Assembly (NCBI GenBank): GCA_903916665.1
Contig: CAIWXP010000012.1
Coordinates: forward strand, 1-6,203
Reading direction: 5' to 3'
DNA from: Candidatus Iainarchaeum sp.
GTDB lineage: Archaea; Iainarchaeota; Iainarchaeia; Iainarchaeales; 0-14-0-20-30-16
Length of the DNA: 6,203 nucleotides
The translations under genes were made by a program, and so were the position numbers. Positions 1 through 6,167 of the stretch are shown here, one piece after another (the stretch's first letter is position 1; every line of letters begins with the position of its first letter). A model generated the notes under the pieces. It was not told where the DNA came from and made no database searches. It worked only from the letters and a program-made list of their open reading frames with translations.

Positions 1-442
1 ATTTATTTATTTCTTCTTTTCTATCTCCTAAAGCACCTTTTTGTGCAAATGGATATTTTATTCCAACCTTTCCAAATCCTTTTGAAGGTGGACTTAATCT
101 AAATACTTTTTTTATTCCTAAAGCATAAACTTTTTTAGGATCATCATTAAACATTTCTAATATTTTATCAATGGTTAATTTATTTTTCTTGAAAAAATCT
201 TCTGTTAATCTATTATCTCCTTCTAATCTTCCTCTTTTTTCTACTAAAGATTTCAAAGTGTCATTATCGATTAATCCCCATGTACAATAATCTTTTGCTT
301 TTTGTAACATTCCTGCTAATATTGCAGTATCTTTAAAAACTGTACAATGATTATTTTCAGTTAAATTCAACATAGTTAATGTATCATTAATTTCTTTTCT
401 TACACCAACTTTTCCTCTAATTCTAACAATAGCAACTAACAT
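1..442 (-). CDS. rpl30p: 50S ribosomal protein L30 (uL30), 3' end cut by the window edge
   Basis: My translation from the ATG at 442 gives MLVAIVRIRGKVGVRKEINDTLTMLNLTENNHCTVFKDTAILAGMLQKAKDYCTWGLIDNDTLKSLVEKRGRLEGDNRLTEDFF...YPFAQKGALGDRKEEINK. It is open for 147 codons to position 1. The IRGKVGVR, LNLxxxNHCV, GMLQKxKDYxTWG and GALGxR motifs are typical of archaeal uL30. It lies after S5, as expected. GGAAGTGA lies 6 nt upstream of the ATG, inside the S5 3' end. This ORF was not in the supplied track. Confidence 0.9.
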   Translation of the reverse strand, partial: MLVAIVRIRGKVGVRKEINDTLTMLNLTENNHCTVFKDTAILAGMLQKAKDYCTWGLIDNDTLKSLVEKRGRLEGDNRLTEDFFKKNKLTIDKILEMFNDDPKKVYALGIKKVFRLSPPSKGFGKVGIKYPFAQKGALGDRKEEINK

Positions 443-448
443 AAAAAT

Positions 449-1195
449 TCACTTCCTATCTTTCTTATAGGTCTTTCTTAATGCATCAATACATGCTTGA
501 ATCATATTAATTTTAGTTGATGTTTTTCCTAAAGTTCTAGACCATACATCTTTTATTCCAGAAAATTCTAAAACTGGTTTTACAATTTCAGTTGCAACTA
601 ATCCTGTTCCCAAAGGAGCTGGACTTAATGTAATTCTTACTGATCCTGTTTTCCCTACAACATCAAAAGGAACAGTATGATCTGTACCACACAAACATTC
701 CCATGATCCACAACCTTTCTTTAATCTAACTAAATTTAATCTTGCTAATCTTGCAGCCTTTGTTGCAGATGTCCATTTATCTTTATCTTTTCCTATACCA
801 AAACCTAGGAAACTTGAACCATCACCAATTAAAACACAGGCTCTATAATTATATTTTCTACCTGCCATTCTAACATAGGAAGTTTTAGTAGTATCCATTA
901 ATTTTTCTCTAATATCTTTTATAAAAAAATCTACAATCTCTGGTTCCATTATTTTTAAATTTCTATCAAATATTTCATTTAAATCTTTTATTTCACCATT
1001 CTTTACTTTTTTACCTAATTCAGTAGTAGGATTCCAATTTTCAATATCACTACCAAACAATAATTTCTTAGCTCTCTTTTTTCTTACTGCATCAACAATT
1101 GCTTCTTTATCAGATATTGTACTATTATTAGCTGGTTTAGAATAATCAACTCTTCTTTGATTTTTTCTCATAACCATTTTTTGTTTAAATACCAT
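449..1195 (-). CDS. rps5p: 30S ribosomal protein S5 (uS5)
   Basis: 248 aa. Core motifs are WNPTTELGKKVKNGEIKDLNEIFDRNLKIMEPEIVDFF, RMAGRKYNYRACVLIGDG, GCGSWECLCGTDHTVPF and GSVRITLSPAPLGTGLVA. AGTGAT lies 5 nt upstream of the ATG at 1195 and overlaps the L18 TGA stop. Position after L18 is canonical. Confidence 0.95.
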   Translation of the reverse strand: MVFKQKMVMRKNQRRVDYSKPANNSTISDKEAIVDAVRKKRAKKLLFGSDIENWNPTTELGKKVKNGEIKDLNEIFDRNLKIMEPEIVDFFIKDIREKLMDTTKTSYVRMAGRKYNYRACVLIGDGSSFLGFGIGKDKDKWTSATKAARLARLNLVRLKKGCGSWECLCGTDHTVPFDVVGKTGSVRITLSPAPLGTGLVATEIVKPVLEFSGIKDVWSRTLGKTSTKINMIQACIDALRKTYKKDRK

Positions 1196-1201
1196 AATTT
1201 A

Positions 1202-1687
1202 TCACTTTAAATATTTTGCATCTATTGCACTTTTTGTAGCTTTAAATAATTGTTCAGTCTTATTATGTTTCCCGTTAATTCTATCTTCTGTAGGATATGC
1301 ATCTTCACCAACTGGTATATTTAACCCAGCGTCATTCATACCTTTAACACAGGCAAATAATCTTCCTTTTTTAAATGCATTTTGCAAACCTAAATCTAGA
1401 ATAGCATCTTTTTTTAATTTGTTACCTAAACATGCTTTACCAAATAAATAACCTGCTAAATAACAAGCCGGTGTTGATTTAAATGTTTTACTCCAACCAA
1501 ATTCTTTTATTTCTTTAGATAATAATGCAAATTTCACATTATCTCCTTTTGTGTTGTGTTCAACATATTGAATATTTGCATAAAGATTAGTTACACGTAA
1601 AACAATTCTGTTTTTACCAGATTTTAATAATGCCAACCTCTTTGCATAATTTGTCTTTAATTTTCTTCTTCTTTCATATACTGGCAT
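1202..1687 (-). CDS. rpl18p: 50S ribosomal protein L18 (uL18, L5e family)
   Basis: 161 aa. The N-terminus RRRKLKTNYAKRLALLKSGKNRIVLRVTNLYANIQ matches the archaeal uL18 signature (RRRxGKTDY...RLVVRxSN). GGTGAT lies 5 nt upstream of the ATG and overlaps the L19e TAG stop. Confidence 0.93.
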   Translation of the reverse strand: MPVYERRRKLKTNYAKRLALLKSGKNRIVLRVTNLYANIQYVEHNTKGDNVKFALLSKEIKEFGWSKTFKSTPACYLAGYLFGKACLGNKLKKDAILDLGLQNAFKKGRLFACVKGMNDAGLNIPVGEDAYPTEDRINGKHNKTEQLFKATKSAIDAKYLK

Positions 1688-1697
1688 TAAATATCAC

Positions 1698-2129
1698 CTA
1701 TTTCTTACTCAAGTATGAATCTATGTGACCCTTACTTCTAAAAAATCCACCTTTAATTTTTTTGTACAAATCTCTATATTGTACTTTGTCAACTTTTGCA
1801 TCTTTTAATAATATTAAAATATATTTTCTTTGAGATCTAGCTCTTACAATCCAAGCATCTCTTTTATTTGTTCTTGCATTTCGAGTTCCTTTTCTTGTAC
1901 CTATTCCCTTTCTTCTTCCTTTCTTTTTTTTACCTTGTAATTCTCTAGCTCTACCTTTACTTTGTCCTTTAAAAGAGGTTGCAAATGTTCCTTCTTTAAT
2001 TAAACCATTAATATCTTGACCAGTAATTGCTTCTTTAACTTTCTTTTGAGCAGTTGGTTCAACTTTTAATTTACTAACACCAATATTTAATTTCTTTGCA
2101 GCTATTCTTTTTGCTGAATTCATATTCAT
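1698..2129 (-). CDS. rpl19e: 50S ribosomal protein L19e (eL19)
   Basis: 143 aa and very basic. Motifs SAKRIAAKKLNIGVSKLKV, KGRARELQGKKKKGRRKGIGTRKGTRNAR and WIVRARSQRKYI are typical of eL19. GGTGA lies 4 nt upstream of the ATG at 2129, directly after the L32e TAA. Confidence 0.93.
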   Translation of the reverse strand: MNMNSAKRIAAKKLNIGVSKLKVEPTAQKKVKEAITGQDINGLIKEGTFATSFKGQSKGRARELQGKKKKGRRKGIGTRKGTRNARTNKRDAWIVRARSQRKYILILLKDAKVDKVQYRDLYKKIKGGFFRSKGHIDSYLSKK

Positions 2130-2138
2130 ATTTTCACC

Positions 2139-2624
2139 TTACTTAGATGCTTTTAATTCATGTTTCTCGTCTTTTTTTGTTTCAATTTTATGTTCCTTTG
2201 GTTTTTCAACCTTTGATTTGTCGTCTTTCTTTTCTGTTTTAACTTTTTCTTTTACATTGGTCAAATTAATAGCTCTTAATTTATTTTTTTCAACAAATGC
2301 TTTTATCAATAATCTTTTCTTTGCACCAACTGTTGATGCAATTCTAAATATTACTTTATTAGTTTCTTTATTTTCTTTTACATATTTTTCTAACTGTGGT
2401 AAATTATTAATATATACTTCAACTCTTCCTGAAGGATGTAAGTCTCTTGTAGATTTATCTCCACCAAAACCTGCTTTAGGCATTTGGTTATCTCCTCTAC
2501 GCCAAGTGATATCAATTCCTCTTGGAAATCTCCACTTATCCCATTTATCATTGGTCTTTCTTCTTTTAGAACGAGTGCCGAATCTACCTCTAAATGTAGG
2601 CATATTTTTTATATTATTACTCAT
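2139..2624 (-). CDS. rpl32e: 50S ribosomal protein L32e (eL32) with a Lys/Glu-rich C-terminal tail
   Basis: eL32 core motifs are WDKWRFPRGIDITWRRG, PKAGFGGDKSTRDLHPSGRVEVYINN and IASTVGAKKR. The track start at 2633 is a GTG codon. I prefer the ATG at 2624 (MSNNIKNMPTF, 161 aa), which has AGGGTG 6 nt upstream and overlaps the L6 stop by 8 nt (ATGAGTAA). Confidence 0.9.
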   Translation of the reverse strand: MSNNIKNMPTFRGRFGTRSKRRKTNDKWDKWRFPRGIDITWRRGDNQMPKAGFGGDKSTRDLHPSGRVEVYINNLPQLEKYVKENKETNKVIFRIASTVGAKKRLLIKAFVEKNKLRAINLTNVKEKVKTEKKDDKSKVEKPKEHKIETKKDEKHELKASK

Positions 2625-3147
2625 CTTGCACACCCTTTGAAATTATATAAACACCATCTTGAAATACTCTTCTATCTCTATTCAATACCTTTGCTCTTGC
2701 TTCAATCATACCGGCAACTAATCCTGCAAATTCTTTATCTACAGAACTAACAATAACTTCTTTACCTTTAATTACAACTTCAACATTATCAGGTACTGTA
2801 ACTGATCTTGGATTTTTTTCTCCCAAATAATTTGTTATAATAAATTTATTCCCTTTTAATGCTAAAGTAATAGGAAAGTGAGAATAAACTCCTCTTAAAG
2901 TATAAACATACTTATTTTTAACACCAGAAATCATATTTTCAATAATTGATTTTGTTGTGTTAATAATAGCCAATGTTTGTTTTCTATCATTTTTTGTTTC
3001 TAATATAATATTATCAGATTCTAATCTTACTAAAATTACCTTTGATTTTATTTCTTTTTGAACAGTCCCTTTTGGGCCAGTAACTTTAATTTTTTTAGCA
3101 TCAATTTCCACTTTGATTCCTTGTGGCACTTTAATTTCTAATTTCAT
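2617..3147 (-). CDS. rpl6p: 50S ribosomal protein L6 (uL6)
   Basis: Motifs are IKVPQGIKVEIDAKKIKVTGPKGTV, LRGVYSHFPITLALKG, ITNYLGEKNPR and RDRRVFQDGVYI. The track start at 3156 is GTG and falls inside the GGTGA motif. The ATG at 3147 (MKLEIKV, 176 aa) lies 5 nt after GGTGA, which directly follows the S8 TAA. Confidence 0.92.
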   Translation of the reverse strand: MKLEIKVPQGIKVEIDAKKIKVTGPKGTVQKEIKSKVILVRLESDNIILETKNDRKQTLAIINTTKSIIENMISGVKNKYVYTLRGVYSHFPITLALKGNKFIITNYLGEKNPRSVTVPDNVEVVIKGKEVIVSSVDKEFAGLVAGMIEARAKVLNRDRRVFQDGVYIISKGVQDE

Positions 3148-3157
3148 AAAGTTCACC

Positions 3158-3547
3158 TTAATATACGAAAGCTATTAATCTTCCACCAATCTTTTCTTTT
3201 TTTGCTTCAACATGGATTTTCAAACCTTTAGGTGTTGATATTATTAATATACCAACGTTTCTTGAAGGCAAAAATCTTTTTTCAAATTTTTCCAATTCAG
3301 TATATGCTACTGCATATCTTGGTTTTATTGCTTTTAAATTAGTAATCATTCCATTTAATTTAACAACTACTTCTTTTTTTTCAGCCTTCATTTTAACTTC
3401 ATAGCTAGCAATATATTTTTCCTTAACTAAAATATCAAGAGTCTCTATTAATAATTTACTTACTGGAGTAACAACACAGATTCTTTTAGCAATAAAATCA
3501 CTATTTTTTATAGCAATCAATGCATCAGTAAATGGATCTAATCTCAT
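3158..3547 (-). CDS. rps8p: 30S ribosomal protein S8 (uS8)
   Basis: MRLDPFTDALIAIKNSD matches the conserved uS8 N-terminus (MxxDPxxxxLxxIxNA). The C-terminus GILIISTPKGLKIHVEAKKEKIGGRLIAFVY is also typical. The track start at 3556 is GTG and overlaps the S14 stop. The ATG at 3547 (129 aa) lies 4 nt after GGAGTGAT. Confidence 0.92.
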   Translation of the reverse strand: MRLDPFTDALIAIKNSDFIAKRICVVTPVSKLLIETLDILVKEKYIASYEVKMKAEKKEVVVKLNGMITNLKAIKPRYAVAYTELEKFEKRFLPSRNVGILIISTPKGLKIHVEAKKEKIGGRLIAFVY

Positions 3548-3552
3548 ACATA

Positions 3553-3693
3553 TCACTCCAACTTTGCAAAACCTAAACTTATTGCGTTATCTTTAAAACA
3601 TCGTCTACAAAGATATAATCCATATTTTCTAACTACTGCTTTATTACTTCCGCAAAATTTACAAATTATTTTTTTATCGTCTTTCATTATCAT
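3553..3693 (-). CDS. rps14p: 30S ribosomal protein S14 (uS14, zinc-ribbon type)
   Basis: Absent from the ORF track. My translation is MIMKDDKKIICKFCGSNKAVVRKYGLYLCRRCFKDNAISLGFAKLE, ending in TGA. It has a CxxC-x14-CxxC zinc knuckle, and RKYGLxLCRxCF is the uS14 type-Z signature. It sits exactly between L5 and S8. GGTGAT lies 5 nt upstream of the ATG at 3693. An in-frame ATG at 3687 is a possible alternative start (44 aa). Confidence 0.88.
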   Translation of the reverse strand: MIMKDDKKIICKFCGSNKAVVRKYGLYLCRRCFKDNAISLGFAKLE

Positions 3694-3705
3694 CAAAAAT
3701 CACCA

Positions 3706-4299
3706 TTAACTAAATTTTACGTTGTAATTTTTAGTCAAAAAATTCTCTGTTTCTATTTTTGTAATTTTTAGATCTTTATTCAATGTCTTTCTTTTTAAGT
3801 GTCTATACTTTACTCTAAAACCTTTTCTTCTTAAAGTAACAATTACATCAAATCCAAAAATTCCAATTTTAGGATCATATTTCATTCCTTTAATATCAAT
3901 ATATTCTGGTATGCCAAATGCAAAATTACCTGTTTCATCAATACATCTTTTATTTAAAGTATTAGATTTTGCTTCCAATGTTCTTCTTAAGAATTCATCA
4001 GCAATTTTTCCTCTTAATGTCAATTTTGCACCTATTGGCAATCCGGGTCTTAATCCCCATTTAGGTAATTTAATTTTAGATTGTGTTTCAACAGGTTTTC
4101 TAGTTGTTAACATTGTCAAAACTGTTTTTGCATTATCTAATTTATTACCTGTTTCACCAGTACAAATATGTACAACAATTTTTTCTAAAGTAACTTCTTT
4201 CATAGGATTATTTACTTTAGTATATTTTTTTTCTTTTTTAACACTATTGGTTTTAATAGGTTCTTTTTTTGTAACAATTTTTTTTACTTGTTCAGTCAT
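3706..4299 (-). CDS. rpl5p: 50S ribosomal protein L5 (uL5)
   Basis: Motifs are NPMKEVTLEKIVVHICTGE, KLPKWGLRPGLPIGAKLTLRG, GNFAFGIPEYIDI and KYDPKIGIFGFDV. The track start at 4314 is a TTG codon. The ATG at 4299 (MTEQVKK, 197 aa) lies 4 nt after AGTGAT. Confidence 0.92.
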   Translation of the reverse strand: MTEQVKKIVTKKEPIKTNSVKKEKKYTKVNNPMKEVTLEKIVVHICTGETGNKLDNAKTVLTMLTTRKPVETQSKIKLPKWGLRPGLPIGAKLTLRGKIADEFLRRTLEAKSNTLNKRCIDETGNFAFGIPEYIDIKGMKYDPKIGIFGFDVIVTLRRKGFRVKYRHLKRKTLNKDLKITKIETENFLTKNYNVKFS

Positions 4300-4323
4300 A
4301 AATATCACTATCAATATAATTAT

Positions 4324-5034
4324 TTATAATTTTAAATCCTCAGGTATAGCAAATACATTTTTATCCATTGTTTTGAATGTTTTTCCCAATGATTCAACGG
4401 TTACTTCGTTTGATTTTGTTAAGTCTCCTTTTACAATACTTTTTAATACACCAAATTTACTTACGTGTGGTCCACCAATGATATATACTCTTACACCATC
4501 TTTTAATTTTATTACTTCATCGAATTTTTGTTTTGCAACATCAAATTCAACACTGTCTCCAACCTGTGCATGTATTGTTTTTGGTAAAACCCAATTAAAA
4601 CCATTGTCAAATGTTACCTGTGTTTTATCTTTTCCCAAAACATTTTTCTTAACTATTCTACAAGGTCTATAATCTCTATCTGTTTTACTTAATTCTTTTA
4701 AAGAAACTTTATTATGAGTTGATAAAAATAATCTATATTTTTTTCCAGATTCTTTAAATTCTAAAATATCAAATAATCCAACAGGAAAATGATAATCTTT
4801 AATTCTTCGTCCATTTAATAAAATTGTTTTATTTTGTGTAATATATTTTATTTCTCTAGTATTATTTGCAATATTTAAAACATCTCTAACAACACTACCT
4901 AAAGTAGCACCAGATTTCTTTGAGTGAGTTCCCGCACTTTGATTAAAAGTCCAAGCATGTTCTTTTCTTTTTATTTGTGCTCTACCAAAATAACTAATTC
5001 TTTTTTGTCTGTTACTGTGACCTTTATTTGCCAT
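4324..5034 (-). CDS. rps4e: 30S ribosomal protein S4e (eS4)
   Basis: 236 aa. The N-terminus is KGHSNRQKRISYFG...KEHAWTFNQSAGTHS. It also has the S4-like and KOW-like segments (HFPVGLFDILEF, GDSVEFD, VYIIGGPH). The ATG directly abuts the L24 TAA (TAAATG), with GGTGA 5 nt upstream. Confidence 0.94.
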   Translation of the reverse strand: MANKGHSNRQKRISYFGRAQIKRKEHAWTFNQSAGTHSKKSGATLGSVVRDVLNIANNTREIKYITQNKTILLNGRRIKDYHFPVGLFDILEFKESGKKYRLFLSTHNKVSLKELSKTDRDYRPCRIVKKNVLGKDKTQVTFDNGFNWVLPKTIHAQVGDSVEFDVAKQKFDEVIKLKDGVRVYIIGGPHVSKFGVLKSIVKGDLTKSNEVTVESLGKTFKTMDKNVFAIPEDLKL

Positions 5035-5388
5035 TTACTTCACCTTAATATGTTTAAATCTTTTTTCATCATCTTTATATACTTCTAAAAGTACAACATT
5101 AGATGGTTCCATTTTAATTGGTACTGTCTTTCCATCTTTTTTAACCAATTGAATTCCTTCAACATAAATATAACAATTTTTTGAATTTACTTCTGTAACT
5201 TTACCTTCTTTTTTTGCAAATTTTCCTCTAATGATTTTTACCAAATCACCTTTTCTAATTGGTAAAGCTCTTGTACTATATTTTGCTCTTAATTCTTTTG
5301 ATAAATGTCCTGCTACGTTTTTTCTTAAAACGTGAATTGGAGCATTACTTGCATTTTTTCTTTGCTTACTTGGATTTTTTGTAACCAT
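5035..5388 (-). CDS. rpl24p: 50S ribosomal protein L24 (uL24)
   Basis: 117 aa. SKQRKNASNAPIHVLRKNVAGHLSKELRAKY followed by the KOW motif IRKGDLVKIIRGKFAKKEGKV is typical of archaeal uL24. The weaker motif GAAGGTAT lies 4 nt upstream of the ATG. Confidence 0.93.
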   Translation of the reverse strand: MVTKNPSKQRKNASNAPIHVLRKNVAGHLSKELRAKYSTRALPIRKGDLVKIIRGKFAKKEGKVTEVNSKNCYIYVEGIQLVKKDGKTVPIKMEPSNVVLLEVYKDDEKRFKHIKVK

Positions 5389-5416
5389 AAATATACCTTC
5401 TTATGTTTATGGATCT

Positions 5417-5437
5417 GTTATAATTTTTTATTATAAC
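5417..5437. repeat. Perfect 8-bp inverted repeat with a 5-nt loop in the L14-L24 spacer
   Basis: gttataat (5417-5424), ttttt (5425-5429), attataac (5430-5437). The arms are exact reverse complements. The stem is almost entirely A/U pairs, so it is weak. Its function is unknown. Confidence 0.5.
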
Positions 5438-5474
5438 TGGCCATAAATATCATCTCATTAATATTATTATACAA

Positions 5475-5873
5475 TTATATTACGTAGGCTGCTCTTCCTA
5501 CAACTTTAGGATATCTTTCTCCAACTTCTTTTGGTACTGCTCCTTTTACTTCAGTTGATTTTGGCACTCCTTCATTATCTACCAAAACACAGGCATTACC
5601 ATCAAATTTAATTACAGTTCCATTGGCTCTTTTCATTCCTTGAACTGTTCTAATTATAACTGCTCTAAATATTTTCTTAATCATTTCTGGTTTTCCTTTT
5701 GAAACAACAACATTTACTAAATCTCCAATACCTGCGCTAGGTTTTTGTTGATGTCTAGTCTTTTGGTGGAAAACACTAATTATATAAACTTCTTTTGCAC
5801 CAGTGTTATCACTACATTCTATTTTTGCACCTAATGATAAACTTCTAATTGCTTCTGAACTCATTCCTCTCAT
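5475..5873 (-). CDS. rpl14p: 50S ribosomal protein L14 (uL14)
   Basis: 132 aa. Motifs are GAKIECSDNTGAKE, PSAGIGDLVNVVVSKGKPEM, IKFDGNACVLV and KGAVPKEV. GGTGA lies 4 nt upstream of the ATG and overlaps the S17 TAG stop. Confidence 0.94.
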   Translation of the reverse strand: MRGMSSEAIRSLSLGAKIECSDNTGAKEVYIISVFHQKTRHQQKPSAGIGDLVNVVVSKGKPEMIKKIFRAVIIRTVQGMKRANGTVIKFDGNACVLVDNEGVPKSTEVKGAVPKEVGERYPKVVGRAAYVI

Positions 5874-5881
5874 GTTTTCAC

Positions 5882-6157
5882 CTATTCTTTAATTGTACTC
5901 TTTTTTAAAACTTTTATTAATATAAAATTTTTTGTTTTACTTATTTTTCTAGTTTCTCCAACTAAAACTAAATCTCCAACTTCAACTTTCATAGTTGTAG
6001 GAACGTGAACAGCATATTTTGCAGTTTTAACCAAACTTCTTTCATATTTTGGAATATAACTTACAATAGATCTTTTTACAACACAAGTCATAGGTGTTTT
6101 TTGTCTTATAACTGTACCTTCAAATACTACTCCTCTAACCGGATAACTTTTTTCCAT
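5882..6157 (-). CDS. rps17p: 30S ribosomal protein S17 (uS17), compact form
   Basis: 91 aa. Motifs are VRGVVFEGTVIRQKTPMTCVV, YIPKYERSLVKTAKYAVHVP and VGDLVLVGETRKISKTKNF. GGTGGT lies 3 nt upstream of the ATG. An in-frame TAA directly precedes the ATG. Confidence 0.92.
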   Translation of the reverse strand: MEKSYPVRGVVFEGTVIRQKTPMTCVVKRSIVSYIPKYERSLVKTAKYAVHVPTTMKVEVGDLVLVGETRKISKTKNFILIKVLKKSTIKE

Positions 6158-6167
6158 TTAACCACCA

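Noticed and set aside
2218-2750. Two overlapping plus-strand ORFs (2218..2640, 140 aa, and 2484..2750, 88 aa) antisense to L32e and L6.
   Set aside because: They have the same antisense low-complexity Phe/Leu/Ser-rich composition, lie entirely inside conserved r-protein genes, and have no ribosome-binding site or conserved motif.
2625-4314. The longer N-termini given by the ORF track for L32e (2633), L6 (3156), S8 (3556) and L5 (4314).
   Set aside because: Those positions are GTG, GTG, GTG and TTG codons that fall inside or upstream of the Shine-Dalgarno motif. Each has an ATG 9-15 nt downstream at the 4-6 nt spacing typical of the operon, and those ATGs give family-typical N-termini such as MRLDP for S8.
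3911-4672. A 253-aa plus-strand ORF, rich in Phe, Leu, Ser, Thr, Asn and Ile, that looks like a membrane protein and spans the L5/S4e junction.
   Set aside because: It is a shadow ORF antisense to two confidently identified r-protein genes. L5 and S4e share the same reading phase. The plus frame is offset so that stops arise only where an NNY sense codon precedes Tyr (TAA or TAG) or an NNT codon precedes His or Gln (TGA), and such pairs can be infrequent. Its composition is simply the complement of Lys/Glu/Asn-rich coding sequence. It has no Shine-Dalgarno motif and no recognisable family motif.
5389-5474. A possible tRNA, C/D-box sRNA, small ORF or intrinsic terminator in the L14-L24 spacer.
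   Set aside because: There is no cloverleaf and no GG/TTC-type tRNA motif. The C-box-like GAGATGATA and D-box-like CAGA are imperfect, and neither exact UGAUGA nor CUGA is present. The only ORFs are 6-8 codons long and lack a ribosome-binding site. No oligo-T tract follows the hairpin in the sense orientation, and L24 follows with its own Shine-Dalgarno motif, so termination is unlikely.
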